Assembly (NCBI GenBank): GCA_964531195.1
Contig: CAZHDX010000002.1
Location: 1-29,515, forward strand
Source: an uncultured Nitrosopumilaceae archaeon
Lineage (GTDB): Archaea; Thermoproteota; Nitrososphaeria; Nitrososphaerales; Nitrosopumilaceae
Reading direction: 5' to 3'
Length of the DNA stretch: 29,515 bases
Shown here: positions 24,381 through 29,515 of the stretch, in pieces
How the letters are laid out: each line of letters opens with the position of its first letter
How positions within the stretch are numbered: the first letter of the stretch is position 1
Notes under the pieces: generated by a model
What the model saw: only the letters and a program-made list of their open reading frames with translations
What the model was told of the DNA's origin: nothing
Database searches by the model: none
Translations under genes and position numbers: made by a program

Positions 24381-25538
24381 ATGAAACTTGTTATTTTTAT
24401 AATGATAATTGCATTTTTGTTATCGACGCAACTGGTGTCCGCAACTAGTGTAGGTTTTGATCAAAAAACATACACATGGACCAATCTAGTGAATATTCGT
24501 GTCTTTGCACCAGATTTTGATTCAGATCCAAATCTTGTTGATACAATTGATGTATCCGTTTCAACAAGGGGTCATAATCTACCGCAGTATAGATTAGCGG
24601 AGACTGGAGTAAATACAGGAATATTTGGAGGCGTCGTGACTCTTACTGGAGATCCATCAATAAAAGGAGCAGAAGGTATAGACGGAAGTGGTACAAATCC
24701 TACCGGTCTATTGGGTGGTAGCGGTCCAACTAATGGATTTTTGCCAGCTGAAAGCAGTGATGGTGTAACTGTTTCTTTCGAATACAATAAAGATCTGACT
24801 ATAACTGGCTCTGCTCCTATACAATGGAATGTTGGGCAAATAAAATGGCTGCAGCAAAATTATCAAATTAATGAACAAGGTGTTTTGCAAATAATTGATC
24901 AAGACATGAATCTTAACCCAAAAGCTGTAGATAAATTTGAGACAAGCGTCTGGTCTGATTCGGATTCTAGTGGAACAAAAATTTCAATGACAGAGACAGG
25001 AGAAGACACAGGAATTTTCCAAGGCATTGTCTACTTTACTACAGACTCTCACTCGTCAAGTAACAGACTTTTTGTTAATCCTGGAGATACAATTACAGGT
25101 GAATATATAGACAGATCTCTACCTCCTCCCCATTCTATTTCTGATGAAGTGCATCTTACTGCAACTACGACAGTTGGAACCACTAATCAACCACTAGAAC
25201 AAATAATTTCTAACAATCCAAGAATTCTTGATTCATTTGGCAATCCTATAAGCACAGTAAAAGAAAATCAGCAGATCCTAATTGCAGCCGATCTTACAAA
25301 CACGCATCAAAAAGATCAGCCTTTTACATATATTCTTCAAGTAGTAGATTCGAATGGAGTTACTTTATCTGTATCTTGGATAACAGGAACACTGGTTGAC
25401 AATCAATCTCTTAATCTTGCAGAATCATGGATGCCTCAATCTCCTGGAAAATACACCGCTCAAATTTTTGTCTGGAAGAATCTTTTAGAACCTGATGCAT
25501 TAGCACCTCCTCTTTCTACAACTATAACTGTCTCTTAA
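24381..25538 (+). CDS. Secreted protein resembling the C-terminal domains of the thaumarchaeal S-layer protein
   Basis: FDQKTYTWT, VSTRG, LAETGVNTGIF, DQDMNLNP, MTETGEDTGIFQG and the ending QPFTYILQV.D..GVT...SWITG.L...IFVW....P.AL.PPLSTTITV, recalled from Nitrosopumilus S-layer proteins. Confidence 0.8.
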   Translation: MKLVIFIMIIAFLLSTQLVSATSVGFDQKTYTWTNLVNIRVFAPDFDSDPNLVDTIDVSVSTRGHNLPQYRLAETGVNTGIFGGVVTLTGDPSIKGAEGIDGSGTNPTGLLGGSGPTNGFLPAESSDGVTVSFEYNKDLTITGSAPIQWNVGQIKWLQQNYQINEQGVLQIIDQDMNLNPKAVDKFETSVWSDSDSSGTKISMTETGEDTGIFQGIVYFTTDSHSSSNRLFVNPGDTITGEYIDRSLPPPHSISDEVHLTATTTVGTTNQPLEQIISNNPRILDSFGNPISTVKENQQILIAADLTNTHQKDQPFTYILQVVDSNGVTLSVSWITGTLVDNQSLNLAESWMPQSPGKYTAQIFVWKNLLEPDALAPPLSTTITVS

Positions 25539-25582
25539 TCTCTGAAGCAAATCAAGTTAAAATTAAAAAAATCTATATTTTT

Positions 25583-26173
25583 TTAAATTTGATCTTTATT
25601 TGAGAGAACTCCACCATGACCAAATTTTGGCGCATAAATCGTCTCATGATGATTTTCCCGGAGTTCTGACAACCATTCCTTGCGCCTATTTGATTCGATT
25701 TTAGATAAATCATATGGGCACATGACAGATCCTCCAAAATCATCAAAACATTGGTGAAGTTGTTTTTCAAGTTCTAATTCTGTAGACATGCCAACAAGAG
25801 TGTTAACGTCCGGTATAATCCTTGAAACTATTCTAAAGGGAGATCTCAAACCAGATAATATCATTTCAAGGCTCTTCTTGGAATTTCCTAATATTTGTTC
25901 ACGGCTAGTATAACCATCATGGAGTTGGTATACTCGCAGCTTTTTGCTTTCAAGATATTCAAGCGGTATTCCAAAGCTTAACATCTTGACTACAATATCA
26001 CCTGAATCTTCATCGGTGGCATATACGCACTGCTCACCCTGCATTAATCCGTTTTTTATAAATCGAAATTCTATTAGTCGAGCATATTCTGGTTCTTCAT
26101 AAAATAGCGCAATATGTTTGCGCTTATCCACTGAATCTATGAATTTTAATGGAATCGGTTCTGTATAACTCAA
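25583..26173 (-). CDS. Stand-alone MEDS (DcmR-like sensory) domain protein
   Basis: HIALFYE...F...FIKNGL..GEQCVY and CPYDL motifs. Confidence 0.82.
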   Translation of the reverse strand: MSYTEPIPLKFIDSVDKRKHIALFYEEPEYARLIEFRFIKNGLMQGEQCVYATDEDSGDIVVKMLSFGIPLEYLESKKLRVYQLHDGYTSREQILGNSKKSLEMILSGLRSPFRIVSRIIPDVNTLVGMSTELELEKQLHQCFDDFGGSVMCPYDLSKIESNRRKEWLSELRENHHETIYAPKFGHGGVLSNKDQI

Positions 26174-26489
26174 ATAACAAACCTCTCGACAATTTGAGCA
26201 AAGTAAGTTCGACTAGAAAAAATCTTGCTTTTATGATAAAAATGTAATCCAAGGAGGAAAGCCCAAAAGTAGAAAATTAAGGCACTCATGAATAAATTTG
26301 CCTTTAATCGTATATCACTACAACTTGCCAAAGTAGCTTAGTATTTTCAGTATTAGCTAAGAAAGTAATGATCCATTAATAAAAAATTGATCGATAGTTT
26401 CCTTTCAAATATCGAAAAGAAAAAAATCACATGCGAAAAAAAGACTGGATTTTTAAAAAATTGGCAATCCAAAGTAGGCAAATTTTTTA

Positions 26490-26624
26490 TCAGGATTCAG
26501 GCCAATTGGTTTCGCATAGAGGACATGCACCCCTAAGACCCCGATATCTCACGTCGAAATAGATGTAAGCCTCCTTTGAACCACATCCCAAGCATATAGT
26601 TTTGAATTCAAGTTTTTGAGTCAT
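26490..26624 (-). CDS. 44-aa zinc-finger microprotein MTQKLEFKTICLGCGSKEAYIYFDVRYRGLRGACPLCETNWPES (not in the ORF track)
   Basis: ATG at 26624 (alternative in-frame ATG at 26633) to TGA at 26492-26490; CxxC-x19-CxxC; locally raised GC; co-oriented with both neighbours. Confidence 0.8.
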   Translation of the reverse strand: MTQKLEFKTICLGCGSKEAYIYFDVRYRGLRGACPLCETNWPES

Positions 26625-26731
26625 GTATATCATTATCTCTTCTTATCATATTACTTGTCGTCATCAAACTAGCTTACTTTTCACAATGATAGCTTAATTC
26701 TAACATAACCAACAGAATAGAAATAAAATTT

Positions 26732-27301
26732 TTAATTTTCCAAACCTGGTACATCAACCCACATTTCTTTGTGTACAAAGCTCTTTGTTTGTGGGTTTAA
26801 TTCGCTTATCATTCCATAGCCATTTTTTTTGTCCAAATCCATGTATTGAAAATACATCCCAGTGTAGATTTCTTTTTTTGAAGAAAGAGCACTTGTCATT
26901 AATTCTTTGTCTACAAACAGCCAATACCGCTTTTCCATATTAGGCAACATTGGACCCATATTAAACACATTGACATTGTTTGAGTTTAAGTGCTCTCTAG
27001 TAATTTGATTTGTACTTGTAATTGATTTTGCAGTGACACTGGTAGCTGGCAGGTCTCCAAAATTTTTTAAAGTAATTTCAAACCTATTATTTTTGGCGTC
27101 TCCTTCTATCTCTTTGATAGTGTTTGAAGGACCAATCCAAGGTCTGAATTTGAATTTAGTTTGGACTTCGGTGAATTTTGTAGCAATTTCCATGTGCTTC
27201 AGCGTTTTAATAATCAAAATTACTAAAACAACAGTTCCAACTCCTGTCATGATGTGTCCCATAGTAGCAATCAGTGCAAGAATATTGGAATCTATTTCCA
27301 C
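26732..27301 (-). CDS. Single-pass membrane protein with a soluble beta-rich domain
   Basis: N-terminal TM (IMTGVGTVVLVILII), then RPWIGP and ITLKNFGDLPA; 189 aa. Confidence 0.8.
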   Translation of the reverse strand: MEIDSNILALIATMGHIMTGVGTVVLVILIIKTLKHMEIATKFTEVQTKFKFRPWIGPSNTIKEIEGDAKNNRFEITLKNFGDLPATSVTAKSITSTNQITREHLNSNNVNVFNMGPMLPNMEKRYWLFVDKELMTSALSSKKEIYTGMYFQYMDLDKKNGYGMISELNPQTKSFVHKEMWVDVPGLEN

Positions 27302-27355
27302 GAACTTGATAAAAATACTTGATTATTCAAGGTTATGCTTTTTTTATATGCCAGA

Positions 27356-27550
27356 TTATTCCGTGAGAGCAATTCGTTTTGGTTTAAACCTTCGTTTTCT
27401 ATGTTTATCAAATCTGCAACCATTGCAGATATTCTTGTCTTGTGACACTTGTCTCTCGCTTAAGGCAATTAACAAACCAAGTGAATTATCTGCTATTTCT
27501 TCAAACTTATTTTGGCAGCCACAAAAGCATGTGCATGTATTCATTCTCAA
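27356..27550 (-). CDS. Small Cys-rich putative metal-binding protein with a basic tail
   Basis: CTCFCGC ... CNGC...H followed by RKRRFKPKR. Confidence 0.7.
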   Translation of the reverse strand: MRMNTCTCFCGCQNKFEEIADNSLGLLIALSERQVSQDKNICNGCRFDKHRKRRFKPKRIALTE

Positions 27551-27718
27551 TTAGACGATTATTTAACAAGTTAGATAAATTCTAGTTTTAACAAATCATT
27601 ACATACAAGATGTTCAAAATAGATCAAAAATTTATTGTCATAATTTACAAGCACACCAATTTTTAAACAAGTTTAATTTTATGTCCTATTGGATTGAATA
27701 TTTGTGTCAGTATTAATA

Positions 27719-28006
27719 TCAGACACGCAAGATCTCTTCTCTTATTAGCGGGAAATATGACTCGATAATCTCTCCCATAGTCAAAATTTCGTCAGACGTT
27801 GCTTCCCTATTGTGGGTCATTTTAAATGCTGTAAAACAACTGCCAAGGATTTGACCGATTATACTTCCATATATAAAATCAAATTCATGTTTAAAATTCC
27901 ATTCAGTTTTTAATTTTGGATATTCCTGTTTTAGAGTTGGTATAGTAACAATTATTCCATGTATGTTACTTTCAATTATATGACGAAATTCCTCGCTTAG
28001 CGCCAT
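27719..28006 (-). CDS. Small hypothetical protein
   Basis: 95-aa ORF with 'DFIYG.IIGQI' and 'E.LTMGEIIE' motifs; typical codon usage. Confidence 0.72.
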   Translation of the reverse strand: MALSEEFRHIIESNIHGIIVTIPTLKQEYPKLKTEWNFKHEFDFIYGSIIGQILGSCFTAFKMTHNREATSDEILTMGEIIESYFPLIREEILRV

Positions 28007-28063
28007 ATACTTATTTTACATTCTACCTAATCTTAATATGTATGTGATTTTGTAAGTTTGGTA

Positions 28064-28333
28064 ATGGGTAAACTTCAATACGTAGGATTATTTGCAATAG
28101 CAATTTCATCCATGATTGCTTTGTCAGCTGCAGTACCAGCTGCAAGTGCATTGATCACAAGGGACAACTTTGATGACAGCCATACCACCTTCCGTTATCT
28201 GGGTGGTCAAAAGGTATGTGGCGATCATCTTTGTAAACCAGGTGAATATGATAAATTGCTAAAGACAATGTTCGATGCACAACATGCAGCAGCAAAATGC
28301 AGAGAAGCCTTGAAAGAAGGAAAAAGATGCTAG
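28064..28333 (+). CDS. Small secreted protein with a 'VCGDHLC' motif
   Basis: Signal peptide ending ...AASA; four Cys in the mature part. Confidence 0.75.
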   Translation: MGKLQYVGLFAIAISSMIALSAAVPAASALITRDNFDDSHTTFRYLGGQKVCGDHLCKPGEYDKLLKTMFDAQHAAAKCREALKEGKRC

Positions 28334-28653
28334 ATTAAGATAGCAAATTTCCTGATACTAGTTTAAGTATTAATTTAAAGATCCTTAGTGAAACTAGGTC
28401 CTAAAAAAGGCTAGAATTTCATCTCTTCATAATAGTTATTCTATGTATTAGATGAATACGGCTGATTCTAAGAATTGAGAGATAAACAAGGCGCCTATTC
28501 TTGAACTATCGTTATCGATGAACAAAAATAATTTTGCATATGAATGAAGACTCCCGTACGTTATTTGAAGACAAAATCAAATTTTAATACACATGAGAAA
28601 AGAGCAGTTTCATTAAGAGATGTTTTTAAAAACAATACGACGCTATAATATGC

Positions 28654-28911
28654 ATGAGTGCAAGCACAATTCGTAAAGCAAAGGAACTTGCAAAAAATGG
28701 CGTAGTAAAAATTGAAAACGATCTTTATCAAGTACGCTCATCAAGTGATTCTTCAAAATCATATTTTGTAACTTTGGATTCTTGTGATTGTCAAGGATTC
28801 CAAAATTTTTACAAATTTCATCACGGAAAGGGTCTGAAAGCAAACTGTTCACACCTTGAAGTAGTGAGAATCTTTATCAAAATGAATGAAAACAATAAAG
28901 ACACATCCTAA
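28654..28911 (+). CDS. SWIM zinc-finger protein
   Basis: Y.V.SSS....Y.V....CDC..F.........CSH fits the CxCxnCxH SWIM pattern. Confidence 0.8.
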   Translation: MSASTIRKAKELAKNGVVKIENDLYQVRSSSDSSKSYFVTLDSCDCQGFQNFYKFHHGKGLKANCSHLEVVRIFIKMNENNKDTS

Positions 28912-28958
28912 AATTATATTTGATAATTTTATAGTTCAAAAAAATAAAAAAATAAAAG

Positions 28959-29513
28959 CTAAGGAGATATTTTTTTGAATTCTTTTTCTTTTGTTAGTAC
29001 TATTCCTGTTTCTACAACAGGTTTTTCTCCAAGAGCTTTTTCAATTGCGTCATTGCTTAATTTCATTGCTTGTTCTAGTTTCATGTCTGCACTATACTTT
29101 TTTTGAATTTCGGTCAAAGCCACCTCTGAAGATTGGCCTATTACAAATCCGGAACCACCAAAGAATGTACCACTTGGATCTACTTGATACAACTGGACTC
29201 CTTTTTGATCGACACCTGCTATTATTACTGAAGCAGCTTGTGGCCTTACAGCATAGATTGTATATCTGTGCAAAAATGTTCCAAGGTGTTTTGCTAAAGA
29301 GTTTACATCAATCGAGTTCTCAAAGGTTAGTCTGTGTCTTTGTGCCTCTACTCGTAGCTCATCAATTAGTTTCAAGATATCTCCAATGTATCCAGAACCT
29401 GTGGCACCAACATGTGAATCAATTGCAAATATTTTTTCTGAAGGATCTATCAATGTTCTTGTTGGTTTGATGTGGCTTGATATCAAAGCAAATTCTGGTG
29501 TTTTGATTCCAAT
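28959..29513 (-). CDS. psmA: 20S proteasome alpha-type subunit, divergent; 5' end lies outside the window
   Basis: The frame is open from the window edge (IGIKTPEFALISSH...). EKIFAIDSHVGATGSG..GD...LID..R.EAQRHR, V..LAK, RP...S.IIAG and LYQVDPSG are alpha-subunit motifs. Confidence 0.85.
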   Translation of the reverse strand: MGIKTPEFALISSHIKPTRTLIDPSEKIFAIDSHVGATGSGYIGDILKLIDELRVEAQRHRLTFENSIDVNSLAKHLGTFLHRYTIYAVRPQAASVIIAGVDQKGVQLYQVDPSGTFFGGSGFVIGQSSEVALTEIQKKYSADMKLEQAMKLSNDAIEKALGEKPVVETGIVLTKEKEFKKISP

Positions 29514-29515
29514 TG

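Noticed and set aside
27563-27573. TAACAAGTTA as a fourth copy of the regulon operator
   Set aside because: The spacer is 2 nt instead of 3, and the downstream AAAG and TCTTTATTAA elements are missing.
28453-28615. Broken reading frames in the 28334-28653 gap suggesting a pseudogene
   Set aside because: The fragments resemble no family I recognise, and there are too many stops to support a call.
14193-29470. Further shadow ORFs (e.g. 14193-14489, 14565-14903, 15306-15488, 15966-16196, 16634-16891, 17845-19322 set, 19716-19991, 20960-21291, 22117-22404, 22987-23250, 23967-24902 set, 25573-25770, 27033-27554, 28643-28852, 28991-29470)
   Set aside because: They are antisense to or out of frame with better-supported genes and show no independent evidence.

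Overview
This AT-rich window (roughly one-third GC by eye) looks like chromosomal DNA of an ammonia-oxidising archaeon (Nitrososphaerota/Thaumarchaeota, probably Nitrosopumilales). That assignment rests on lineage-typical domains recalled from memory, not on a search: S-layer-type 'ETG.NTG.F' repeats, a PEF-type C-terminal sorting signal, 'P.W......WW..G.I.D..F' surface domains and a PLKQ-C-C-RGW module. About 40 genes are present: many exported or surface proteins, an msrA-msrB-epimerase-membrane glycosyltransferase run, a Cu(I) P1B ATPase with a divergent HTH-TRASH regulator, a Mesh1-like HD protein, an ABC-2 exporter, a dienelactone-hydrolase-family enzyme, TPR, MEDS and SWIM proteins, and the 3' part of a divergent proteasome alpha-type gene. 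I saw no rRNA, tRNA, CRISPR array, integrase or transposase. The most notable observations are: (1) a candidate surface-fibre module at 1-2903, made of a 20-aa 'SLSESVGI' repeat protein, a 60-aa membrane microprotein ending in one copy of that strand, and an exported phage tail-collar-like protein; (2) a 40-bp operator/promoter shared by three genes including a wHTH regulator; (3) two adjacent exported genes resembling consecutive pieces of the thaumarchaeal S-layer protein; (4) a candidate structured ncRNA at about 21843-21934 on the minus strand; (5) an E-to-K change in the HD hydrolase motif; (6) small ORFs missing from the supplied track. All family assignments come from motif recognition without database searches.
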